From assembly GCA_965248195.1 (NCBI GenBank), contig CBDFIQ010000002.1, positions 1,600,001-1,664,000 of the forward strand: 64,000 nt of DNA. The letters are read 5' to 3'. Within the stretch, counting starts at the first letter, position 1; every line of letters starts with the position of its first letter. The DNA comes from Longimicrobiales bacterium (GTDB lineage Bacteria; Gemmatimonadota; Gemmatimonadetes; Longimicrobiales; Gaopeijiaceae). Positions 38,418 to 47,452 of the stretch are shown piece by piece. Both the position numbers and the translations under genes were made by a program. Below the pieces are notes generated by a model, which saw only the letters and a program-made list of their open reading frames with translations, did not search any database and had not been told where the DNA came from.

Positions 38418-40841
38418 CTACAGGAGCTCCCGCGGGCGGTACCGAACGAAGAACACACCCTCTCCAGTGCTCGTGACCACGATCGTCCCACTCTCGAAGA
38501 ACGGGTAGTTCGACCAGGCGCCCTGCATGCTCACCGACTCGTTCCATGGAACCGTGTCGAGGAACCCGACCTCGACCGGATTCTCCGGGTCGCTGATGTT
38601 CAGGATCCTGAGCCCGCTCACGTAGTTCGACTGGTACATCAGGTCGCCCTTGATGTACAGATTGTGGTCCGTGGTGAGGGTCTCCCCGAAGTGCTCCTTG
38701 ACCAGGATCGGGTCATCGAGGTCGGACACGTCCCAGATCAAGGTACGCGAGCCTTCCATCTCCGGTGCCTGGCCCCTTCTCGCCTGGCCTTCATCCAGCT
38801 CGTCGCCAAGGTAGAAATATCGGTGGTCTTCGGTGATCCACCCCTGGTGCGCATAGGCGACGTTGGGATGCGAGGCGCTGGAGAGCGCGACCGGGTTTGC
38901 CTTGTCGGATACGTCCGCTATGGAGAGCGCGGTCTCGTTCGAGCCGAAGCAGATCTCCTTCCCCGCGTGCTCCGCATCGGGTCCTTGGTAAATGATGCAC
39001 ATGGCATCGTGCGTGTAACCGGTGCCTGCTCGTCCGGTGTTCGTGTGCTGGAAGCACCCGATGAATGCGGGACGGAGCGGATCATTGATGTCGATCATGT
39101 GGAGGCCGCCCCCGCACGTCTCGCCACCCATGCTCGCTCCCAGGGCGTACGCGGTGCCGCTCTCCTCGTTGATGGCGATGTTGTGCGCGCTCGCGAATCC
39201 CTCGTAAAGCGCGTCGGGCTCGAAGGTGGCCGGCACGCCGCTGACATCGCGAAGCCGCGTGAGGTCGAAGACCTGCATGCCGTGCCGGCCAGCGCCATCG
39301 GCTACCACCAAGGCATGGGTGTCGAACACTTTGACGTCACGCCAGATGGTCGCTTGTGAACCCGGGGTCCTCGGAAGGTCGCCGAGGTACACCGGGTCGA
39401 TCGGGTCCGAGATGTCGATGAAGGCTGTACCGTCCGTGCGGCCTACGACCGCGTACTCGCGCCTCGTCTCCGGGTCGGTCCAGCCCCACACGTCATTCAC
39501 TCGGGTCCCGCGGCCTCCGCCGATCGCGTCGATGGGAAGGAAAGAGAGGATGTCGACCCGTGAGCAGTCGAACTGGTCCGCCTTGCCGGTGTCGCCGCAG
39601 GCGATCTCCCCCCCGACCAGGGCCGGAAGACCGGGCTCGGCAGGGATGAGGAGCTTGGCCTCCGATACCCAGCTGCCGCCCTCGTTTCGCATCACCACCG
39701 CCGATCCGAGGCCGCCGTCGTTCCCCGGCTGCCCGACGATCGCGAGGTCACCCGCTGTGGCCACGGCTCCCCCGAACCCATCGCCGTCGGCGGGATCGAT
39801 CGAGTTGGTGATTTTGATCGCAGTCCCAAAGGTGCGAGCCTGGGGGTCGAAGGTGAACCGGTAGATGGCACCTGTAAAATCAGCGCCCGGTGCCGAGATC
39901 CAGAGCTCGTCCTCGATAGTGTGGAAGTCGTGACCGAAAAAGGTACCCGGCCGACGATCGAAAGCGCTGAGAGTCGTGCCGCGAACCCAATCGCCCGTGA
40001 GCGGTCTATACGTGTACGTGTAGACAGCGCCCTCCATGTTTTCGCGGCCGGGGAGTCCCAGGAGAGCCATGCCCTGGAACCACCCCACGCCGATCGCGCC
40101 GGCCCCGGGAACGCCGGGCAGTCCGATATCCGTGGGCCGGGATTCGTCTTCCGGGAGCGCGAGGCGCGTCTCCTGGAACCAGTTTCCAGTGTCGTCCTGG
40201 GTGAAGATATACGCTGCGCCTGTGGCCGCCTCGCCCGCGAACGAGCCCACGATCAGCTTCTCCCCGTTGTAGGAGAGCCCCCACCCGAAGAACTCCATCT
40301 CGGCGGGATTCTCGGGTTGGAGGGTCGCACGCTCGACGAAGGATCCCGAGCCGTCACGCTCGAAGACCCAGACCGCGCCGATTCCTCCGAACCCGAGCGA
40401 AGACACGAACAAAAGGTCCTCGTAAAGCTCCCCGAAACGGCCAAACGCCTCGCCCTCCGCCACGGAGTCGGGCTGGAGGATCGATTCGAGCTCCAAGCGG
40501 TCACCGTCCCTGCCGTAAACCCAGACCGCGCCGGTCGAGTTCTCGTAGAGGGTGCCGCCCACGATCATCGAGCGGTCATCCATCGTAAAAAAGCGACCGA
40601 AGTAGTCTCCACCCCCGTCACGGGGGGGCGCCAGCATCGTGCCGATCTGCTCCCAACCGTCGCCGGTTAGCCCGTAGGTGTAGATCGTGGAGGGACCGCG
40701 CCGATTCGTCGGCTCCGCGATCATGACCTGTCCATCGCTGATCGCCACGTAGGCGCCGAACTGCTGGGCCTGAACGGGAGCCGTGAACAGGGAAGTGGCC
40801 AACAGAAGTAACGCCCCGAGGAGCTTGGATGCTCCGCTCAT
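38418..40841 (-). CDS. Choice-of-anchor B family secreted protein with FG-GAP-like repeats
   Basis: N-terminal FG..../GAV repeats, then NDVWGWTDPETRREYA, WRDVKV, AHNIAIN, YTHDAMC, YAHQGW, DHNLY, GAWSNYPFF. Confidence 0.85.
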   Translation of the reverse strand: MSGASKLLGALLLLATSLFTAPVQAQQFGAYVAISDGQVMIAEPTNRRGPSTIYTYGLTGDGWEQIGTMLAPPRDGGGDYFGRFFTMDDRSMIVGGTLYENSTGAVWVYGRDGDRLELESILQPDSVAEGEAFGRFGELYEDLLFVSSLGFGGIGAVWVFERDGSGSFVERATLQPENPAEMEFFGWGLSYNGEKLIVGSFAGEAATGAAYIFTQDDTGNWFQETRLALPEDESRPTDIGLPGVPGAGAIGVGWFQGMALLGLPGRENMEGAVYTYTYRPLTGDWVRGTTLSAFDRRPGTFFGHDFHTIEDELWISAPGADFTGAIYRFTFDPQARTFGTAIKITNSIDPADGDGFGGAVATAGDLAIVGQPGNDGGLGSAVVMRNEGGSWVSEAKLLIPAEPGLPALVGGEIACGDTGKADQFDCSRVDILSFLPIDAIGGGRGTRVNDVWGWTDPETRREYAVVGRTDGTAFIDISDPIDPVYLGDLPRTPGSQATIWRDVKVFDTHALVVADGAGRHGMQVFDLTRLRDVSGVPATFEPDALYEGFASAHNIAINEESGTAYALGASMGGETCGGGLHMIDINDPLRPAFIGCFQHTNTGRAGTGYTHDAMCIIYQGPDAEHAGKEICFGSNETALSIADVSDKANPVALSSASHPNVAYAHQGWITEDHRYFYLGDELDEGQARRGQAPEMEGSRTLIWDVSDLDDPILVKEHFGETLTTDHNLYIKGDLMYQSNYVSGLRILNISDPENPVEVGFLDTVPWNESVSMQGAWSNYPFFESGTIVVTSTGEGVFFVRYRPRELL

Positions 40842-41095
40842 CGCTCTCGCCTCATACGGGAGGGGAAACTAACTAGCTCTGGGATGGATACCGCTCGGAT
40901 AGGACATACCACCCGAATACGATACACGACCCGAAGGGTCCGAGCCAGTTGCCGAGCCTCGAAGTCAGGTATCAGGTAATGGCGCTCGGACGTGAGCAGG
41001 GTGGCGTAGAGGAGTCGTCGCCAGGTAGCTTCAAATCGGGTCGGATTCTGCCGTCCCCGATTTCCTGACTAGACCCCCAACAGGACAGAAGCAGC

Positions 41096-41869
41096 ATGCT
41101 GGCTTTGATATCCCCCGCGAAGAAGCTCGACACGGAAAATGAGCCGCCCTTAGGCGACTTCACGATACCCCAGCTGCTGGACGACAGCGAAGAGCTCGTG
41201 GGGACGGTCAAAGGTCTGGGGAAGGACCGACTCAAGGCCCTCATGAATCTCTCGGACGCTCTGACCGAACTGAATCATGCCCGCTACGAGGCGTACGCCA
41301 CCCCCTTCACCCCGGATAATGCGAAGCAAGCCGTATTCATGTTCCGCGGGGACACCTATGTGGGCCTCAACGCCGATACGCTGACCAAGGATGATCTCAC
41401 GTATGCCCAGAAGCATCTCAACATTCTTTCGGGCCTGTATGGCGTGCTTCGTCCACTCGACCTGATTCAGCCGTATCGCCTGGAGATGGGCTCGAAGCTT
41501 TCCACCCCGCGCGGGAAGAACCTTTACGACTTCTGGGGCTCGCGGCCCACCGATGCATGTAATGAAGTGACCGCTTCCCATGAAAACCGCACGGTCGTGT
41601 GTTTGGCCTCGAGCGAGTACATCAAGGCGATCCAGCCCGAGAACCTGGCCGGCCCCTTCGTTACCTGCCACTTCAAGGAGATCAAGGATGGCGTACCCCG
41701 GACGATTGGGCTCGTCGCTAAAAAAGCACGGGGAAGGATGGCTCGCTTCATGGTCCGAAATCGCGTCGAGAATGAGGACGACCTGAAACGGTTTGGGGAG
41801 GATGGGTATGACTTCGAGCCTGGGCTGTCCAGCGATGAGGACCTGGTATTCGTCAGGGATCGCAATTAA
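41096..41869 (+). CDS. yaaA: Peroxide stress protein YaaA (DUF328)
   Basis: ISPAKKLD, ILSGLYGVLRPLDLIQPYRLEMG, LASSEY, AKKARGRMARF. Confidence 0.92.
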   Translation: MLALISPAKKLDTENEPPLGDFTIPQLLDDSEELVGTVKGLGKDRLKALMNLSDALTELNHARYEAYATPFTPDNAKQAVFMFRGDTYVGLNADTLTKDDLTYAQKHLNILSGLYGVLRPLDLIQPYRLEMGSKLSTPRGKNLYDFWGSRPTDACNEVTASHENRTVVCLASSEYIKAIQPENLAGPFVTCHFKEIKDGVPRTIGLVAKKARGRMARFMVRNRVENEDDLKRFGEDGYDFEPGLSSDEDLVFVRDRN

Positions 41870-41975
41870 GGGCTGTCACTGTGGGTCGATGTACTTGACG
41901 GCGACGAGAGCGCCACGGACATTCGCGATTATGCAACGCCAGGCCCGCCCCCTCCGCCCACCAAGGAGCACGGCC

Positions 41976-42968
41976 GTGATTCCTCCGAGAACCGTTCGCA
42001 CGAGTCTTCTGACGGTCCTTCTTCTTTTGCTGGCCACCGCCGCGCTCGCGCAGGAGCGCCTGAGCACGGTCGAGTTCTACAGCCCGGCGGTGGACCGCAC
42101 GATGAAGTACAACATCGTGCTTCCGGCCGAATACGACAGCTCCGACGAACGCTTTCCGGTCCTCTATCTGCTTCACGGCCTGAGGCAAAACTACACGACC
42201 TGGAGCCGCCAGGGTGCGCCGGTCTACGCCGGGCTCTTCAGCGATCTGATCGTCGTGATGCCCGACGGAGGCAACTCGTGGTACATCAATTTTGCCGAGA
42301 GCGGGGGAGGCCAGCGAAACAACTGGGAGGACCACATCGTCCAGGACGTGGTCGGCCACGTGGACAGGAACTACCGAACGATCGTGCGTAGGGAAGGGCG
42401 TGCGATCACCGGCCTGTCAATGGGAGGGTACGGAGGCCTCACGCTCGGGCTGCGTCACCCCGAGTTGTTCATCTCGATCGGGAGCACGAGTGGCGCGCTC
42501 TCCCACGGACGGGACGCCGCCCGAAGCTTGAGGGGCGAGCCAGTGCCACGTCGCGCCGGTCGTCAGCGCTCGCCCGAAGAACAGGCGGCGCGGGACGAGC
42601 GTGACCGCCGGCCCAACCCCGGTATCGGCATTGAGGGATTCAGCAGTCAGGTAGAGCGAAGTCCAAAGGGTCGGCCGTTCCTGACCGCCGAAGACGCGGA
42701 TGCCTACGATCCCTTCAAGCTGATTCATCAGGTTGGCCCTGAGCAGCTCCCGCACATCTATCTGGACAGCGGCACGGAAGACAGGCTGATTCGCGAGGCG
42801 CGGGAGTTCGCACAGGTGTTGCTCGAGAAGGACATCCCCTTCGACTTCATGCAGATGCCCGGTGGTCACGACGGGGCCTACTGGACCCAATCGGTCGGGC
42901 ACATCATGTCGATCCAGTACGAGGTGATGCGGCGCGCCTTGGGGCAGAGACCGGTCCGAGAGCGGTAG
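41976..42968 (+). CDS. Secreted putative esterase (alpha/beta hydrolase)
   Basis: FPVLYLLHG, VVMPDG, GLSMGG nucleophile elbow, DSGTED, PGGH; GTG start after AAGGAG. Confidence 0.85.
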   Translation: MIPPRTVRTSLLTVLLLLLATAALAQERLSTVEFYSPAVDRTMKYNIVLPAEYDSSDERFPVLYLLHGLRQNYTTWSRQGAPVYAGLFSDLIVVMPDGGNSWYINFAESGGGQRNNWEDHIVQDVVGHVDRNYRTIVRREGRAITGLSMGGYGGLTLGLRHPELFISIGSTSGALSHGRDAARSLRGEPVPRRAGRQRSPEEQAARDERDRRPNPGIGIEGFSSQVERSPKGRPFLTAEDADAYDPFKLIHQVGPEQLPHIYLDSGTEDRLIREAREFAQVLLEKDIPFDFMQMPGGHDGAYWTQSVGHIMSIQYEVMRRALGQRPVRER

Positions 42969-43101
42969 GGCACGCAAGTCGGACCGGTCTGGTCAGTGTG
43001 GTGGCCGAGTCCTTTCCTGGCACAGGGCTCGGTCGTCTACGTGTGTGATGTTGATGGGGCTGAGCCAGGCTCGCCGTGTACCCAAGTCAGAAAGAGCTTA
43101 C

Positions 43102-44085
43102 ATGAAATCAGCATTGTATGAGCAGTTCGGGCCCGCCGCCGAGGTTTTGACCGTCGGTGAGCTGGAAGATCCGCAGCCGGGTCGGGGCGAGGTGTTGGTC
43201 CGTCTGCACGCCAGCGCCGTGAATCCTTCCGATGTGAAAAAGCGTGCCGGCTCGTTTCCCGGTTTGTTGGACGATGGCTACGTGATCCCGCACAGCGATG
43301 GGGCTGGCATAGTCGAGGCGGTCGGCGAAGGCGTCTCCAGCGACCGCGTTGGCGATGGCGTCTGGGTCTATCAGGCCCAGTATGGCCGGCGCTTTGGGAC
43401 GGCCGCCGAGCTCGTCGCAGTGGGTGACGAGCGAGCGCCCCTGTTGCCGGAGGGTGTGAGCCATGAGGTAGGGGCCTGCCTCGGTATCCCCGCTATGACG
43501 GCGCATCGTTGTGTGTTTGCCGATGGACCGGTGGCAGGCCAGACGATCCTGATCACTGGTGGTGCGGGCCGCGTCGGCCACTATGCGGTCCAGTGGGCGC
43601 ACCACGCGGGCGCTCGCGTCATCGCGACGGCGAGCAATGAGGATGACGAGAAGGCCTGCACCGAAGCCGGCGCCGATGCGGTCGTCAATCACCGCGAGGA
43701 GAACTGGTCGACGGCGGTTCTGGCGGCGAATGACGGCCAGCCCCTCGACCGCGTCATCGAGGTCGAGTTCGGCGCGAACTTGGCCGAGGTGCTGAAACTC
43801 GTGCGTACCGGTGCCACGATCGCAACCTACTCCTCGACTCAGGTCCCCCAACCCAAGCTGCCGTTCTACCAGATGATGTATCAGGATCTGAGGATCCGGC
43901 TCGTCATTGTCTACGCGATGCCAGAGGAGGCAAAACAGCAGGCTATCGCCGATATCGACGGGGCGTCGCGCGCGGGCAGGCTCCAGCATAGAGTGGCGCA
44001 TGTGTTTGAGTTGGATGAGATCGCAAAGGCGCATGCACTGATCGAGGACGGCGGTTTTCGAGGTTGCGTGGTGGTCAGGCCCTGA
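43102..44085 (+). CDS. NADPH:quinone reductase (zeta-crystallin/MDR family)
   Basis: VNPSDVK, IPHSDGAG, GACLGIPAMTAH, GGAGRVG. Confidence 0.9.
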   Translation: MKSALYEQFGPAAEVLTVGELEDPQPGRGEVLVRLHASAVNPSDVKKRAGSFPGLLDDGYVIPHSDGAGIVEAVGEGVSSDRVGDGVWVYQAQYGRRFGTAAELVAVGDERAPLLPEGVSHEVGACLGIPAMTAHRCVFADGPVAGQTILITGGAGRVGHYAVQWAHHAGARVIATASNEDDEKACTEAGADAVVNHREENWSTAVLAANDGQPLDRVIEVEFGANLAEVLKLVRTGATIATYSSTQVPQPKLPFYQMMYQDLRIRLVIVYAMPEEAKQQAIADIDGASRAGRLQHRVAHVFELDEIAKAHALIEDGGFRGCVVVRP

Positions 44086-44093
44086 TCCCCGCA

Positions 44094-46082
44094 ATGACAC
44101 AGACAGAGGACAAAACCCCGACAGAGGACAGGACCCCGATAGACGACAAGATCCTGTGGCGGCCATCGCCCGAGCGTGTGGCGGCGTCGGTATTGGCCGA
44201 GTTCGCGAACCGCTATGGTCCCTATTCGGGGCAGGACTCCTTCGATTATGGCGGGCTGCATCGCTGGTCGATCGAGCACCCGGAAACATTCTGGCAGAGT
44301 GTCTGGGAGTTCGGCGGCGTCATCGGTGAGCCCGGTGACACGGTATTCGAACCCGGCGCCGATATGCGCACGGCGCGCTTCTTTCCCGGCGCGACGCTGA
44401 ATTTCGCCGAGAATCTCCTGCGCCGCTCGGATTCGGGTGAGGCGATCGTCGTGCTTGGCGAGGATGGTCGCTGCCGGCGCGTCAGCTGGCGGGAACTGAA
44501 TGGCGAGGCCGGTGCGTTGTGTGCCTGGCTGGACGAGGTCGGTCTGCAAGCCGGCGACCGTGTGGTCGCCGTGCTGCCCAACATCGCCGAGACAGTCATT
44601 GCGATGCTGGCTACCAGTGCGTTGGGCGGGGTCTTCTCGTCGGCATCCCCGGACTTCGGCGAGCGGGGCCTGCTGGACCGCTTTGCCCAGGTCGATCCGA
44701 AAATCGTGATCGCCTGCGACGGTTATCAATACAACGGCAAGACGCTGGATATTCGTAAGCGGATCAGCGCTGTCGTGGAGCGGTTGCCGACCGTGGAGCA
44801 CGTCGTGATCGTGCCGTATATGGATCTCGGCGTGCCCGACGGCATGCTGGACTGGCGTGATCTGCTCGACGCACGGCGCGGCCGGACCGTACATTTTCGC
44901 TCACTCCCGTTCGATCACCCGCTCTATATCATGTTCACCAGCGGCACGACCGGAAAACCGAAGTGCATCGTGCATCGCGCCGGTGGGACTCTGCTTCAGC
45001 ATCTCAAGGAACATCGCCTGATCGTTGGGCTGCGCCCCGACGAGAGGGTTTTCTACTTCACGACCTGTGGCTGGATGATGTGGAACTGGCTGGTGTCGGC
45101 GCTGGCCTGCGAAGCGACGCTGATGCTGTACGACGGTTCGCCGTTTTATCCGGACGGAAACCGCATGTTCGATTTCGTACAGGATGAAGGCGCCATTTTT
45201 TTCGGCACCTCCGCGAAGTTTATCGACAGCGTGAAGAAGGCCGGGCTGAGGCCGGCCGAGACCCATACCTTGCCGGACCTCGAGACCCTCGCGTCGACCG
45301 GCTCGCCGCTGGTCCCGGAGAGTTTCGACTTCGTCTATGAGCATATCAAGAAGGACGTGGCGCTCGCTTCGATCTCTGGTGGTACGGATCTCTTGGCCTG
45401 TTTCGTAGGACCGAATCCGCAGGGGCCCGTGTATCGCGGTGAAATTCAGGGGCCGGCGCTGGGCATGGCGGTCGAGATCTGGAATGACGCCGGCGAACGG
45501 GTTGTCGAGGAGCTCGGCGAGCTGGTTTGCACACAGCCCTTTCCCACCGTGCCGCTTCACTTCTGGAACGACCAGGATGGCACGCGCTTCAAGGCCGCCT
45601 ACTTCGACAAGTTTCCGGGGATCTGGTGCCACGGCGACTTGGCGCTCGAGACCCGGCACGGCGGCTACATGATCGTGGGCCGCTCCGACGCCGTGCTGAA
45701 TCCCGGCGGCGTGCGCATCGGTACAGCCGAGATCTACCGCCAAGTCGAGCAGCTCGACGCGGTGCTGGAGGCGGTTGCGGTCGGACAAGAGTGGGAGGAG
45801 GACGTCCGCGTGGTGCTGTTCGTTGTTTTACGCGAAGGCCTGGCCCTCACCGAGGCGTTGACGCACGAGATCAAGACGCGTATCCGTGCCGGTGCGACAC
45901 CGCGCCACGTGCCCCAGGTTGTGTTGGCAGTGGGGGACATTCCCCGCACCAGGTCCGGCAAGATCACCGAATTGGCCGTCCGCGATGTCATCCATGGGCG
46001 CGAAGTCAAGAACGTCGAGGCGTTGGCAAACCCGGAGGCACTGGAGTTGTTTCGTGATTTGGAGGCGCTTGCTGCTTCTTGA
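44094..46082 (+). CDS. Acetoacetate--CoA ligase
   Basis: LNFAENLL, SSASPDFG, TSGTTGKPKCIVH, FTTCGWMMWNW, SISGGTD, GRSDAVLNPGGVRIGTAEIY, ALANPEAL. Confidence 0.92.
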   Translation: MTQTEDKTPTEDRTPIDDKILWRPSPERVAASVLAEFANRYGPYSGQDSFDYGGLHRWSIEHPETFWQSVWEFGGVIGEPGDTVFEPGADMRTARFFPGATLNFAENLLRRSDSGEAIVVLGEDGRCRRVSWRELNGEAGALCAWLDEVGLQAGDRVVAVLPNIAETVIAMLATSALGGVFSSASPDFGERGLLDRFAQVDPKIVIACDGYQYNGKTLDIRKRISAVVERLPTVEHVVIVPYMDLGVPDGMLDWRDLLDARRGRTVHFRSLPFDHPLYIMFTSGTTGKPKCIVHRAGGTLLQHLKEHRLIVGLRPDERVFYFTTCGWMMWNWLVSALACEATLMLYDGSPFYPDGNRMFDFVQDEGAIFFGTSAKFIDSVKKAGLRPAETHTLPDLETLASTGSPLVPESFDFVYEHIKKDVALASISGGTDLLACFVGPNPQGPVYRGEIQGPALGMAVEIWNDAGERVVEELGELVCTQPFPTVPLHFWNDQDGTRFKAAYFDKFPGIWCHGDLALETRHGGYMIVGRSDAVLNPGGVRIGTAEIYRQVEQLDAVLEAVAVGQEWEEDVRVVLFVVLREGLALTEALTHEIKTRIRAGATPRHVPQVVLAVGDIPRTRSGKITELAVRDVIHGREVKNVEALANPEALELFRDLEALAAS

Positions 46083-46136
46083 TTTGGAGGCGCTTGCATA
46101 GATAGACTAGACCATAGGCTGGCCGATCGCCGCGCC

Positions 46137-47414
46137 TCACTGCTTAGTCGCTGTCAACGTTCCGACGTCCACCCCCTCCAAAAACACCGTCATCGTCGAC
46201 GGTCCCGTCGAGCTCAGGCCACCGATGATCTCCCACCGACGGACCTCCGGCTCGCCTTCTGGTGTCATGGCCCCCGTGGGTTGCTCGATGAAGGTTTCCA
46301 CGCTCGTGTCGGAGACCGTGCCGGTGGTCCAGGAGTCGTACGGTCCCAGCACCCAGTCACCCTCGAGGAAAGTGGAGAATCGTGTCCCGGTGTCGTCGGG
46401 GTCTTCGGTCAGGCGGTTGAAGTACAGCTCCCAGTCCAGCGTAACCGCGACACCCTCGACGGTCCCCGTGGTGCGGTAGAGACCCTCGACGGGATCATCT
46501 ACATCGCCGATGACCCGAAGGTCGGTTTGTGCGACGGTCATGCTACCGAAAAACCCCCACCCGCCCTCGAGATTGTTGATGAAGCCGCGGCCAGTGATCT
46601 CCAGATTGAACGAACGCAGCTGGTCGTAGAAGTTCTGGTCCGCGTATGCGACCGTAGCCGCATGAAGGCGGCCCGCGTTGAAGAGATCCTGCGGATCTTC
46701 GTCCCCGAGCGCCTCGAGGTCCTCGAGCACGTCGAGGAGGTCTCCGGGCAGCGTGAGCTCGGTCGCGTCGGCCCAGAAGAGCGAGCTTGTCGACGCGGCC
46801 TGCTCCAGCGTCTCGACGGCGGGTCGTTCACGGATCTCCACGATGAGCACGCGGCCGCCGTTCGGCTCAACCGAGGCAAGGAGCGTATCGGCATCGCGGT
46901 TGAACTCGAGTACCGGTCCGGGCACGATCACGGACTCGCCCCCGGCCTCCAGGACCATGCGGTTCGTACCGGGAACGACCGTGCGACCCGTCACCCGGTC
47001 ATCCCCTGAGACGACGAGCAAGTCGAGCGTGTCCCCCGCGCGAATCGTCGGACATGCAACCGGAGCCCAGTATGCCCCGGGCTGGAGGCGATCCGGTGGC
47101 CCAGCGCTCTCGAGGAGAGAGACGCTCGCGCCACAGAGGTCGCCCGGGAAACTCAGGTTCGCGATCGTGACGTCCGCGCCCTCGAGCGGCACGGCTACGC
47201 CCGTACCCGGGAGAAGACCCGTGTCGATTTCGCCGATCGTTCCGTTGAACGTGCGTTCTACCAGAATCCACTGTTGCGACTGGTCGGATCGCATGACGCC
47301 CTGCACGACCACGATCGTCTCGGGTGGATCAACGGGTGGGTCCGTGGGACTGTCACCGAAGCCGCAGCCGACGCTCCAGAGCCCGAAACCGGAGACGAAA
47401 GCGACCCGGCGCAT
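46137..47414 (-). CDS. Lipoprotein, DUF4249-like partner of a TonB-dependent receptor
   Basis: MRR...SVGC lipobox, IVVVQG, NNLEGGWGFFGS; downstream of the TBDR. Confidence 0.65.
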   Translation of the reverse strand: MRRVAFVSGFGLWSVGCGFGDSPTDPPVDPPETIVVVQGVMRSDQSQQWILVERTFNGTIGEIDTGLLPGTGVAVPLEGADVTIANLSFPGDLCGASVSLLESAGPPDRLQPGAYWAPVACPTIRAGDTLDLLVVSGDDRVTGRTVVPGTNRMVLEAGGESVIVPGPVLEFNRDADTLLASVEPNGGRVLIVEIRERPAVETLEQAASTSSLFWADATELTLPGDLLDVLEDLEALGDEDPQDLFNAGRLHAATVAYADQNFYDQLRSFNLEITGRGFINNLEGGWGFFGSMTVAQTDLRVIGDVDDPVEGLYRTTGTVEGVAVTLDWELYFNRLTEDPDDTGTRFSTFLEGDWVLGPYDSWTTGTVSDTSVETFIEQPTGAMTPEGEPEVRRWEIIGGLSSTGPSTMTVFLEGVDVGTLTATKQ

Positions 47415-47452
47415 CCAGACTCGCCCTCCGAGCCGATCAAACTCCAAGGCGA

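Noticed and set aside
36926..46082. AtoE transporter plus acetoacetate-CoA ligase as one operon
   Set aside because: Separated by about 6 kb of unrelated genes, including one on the opposite strand.
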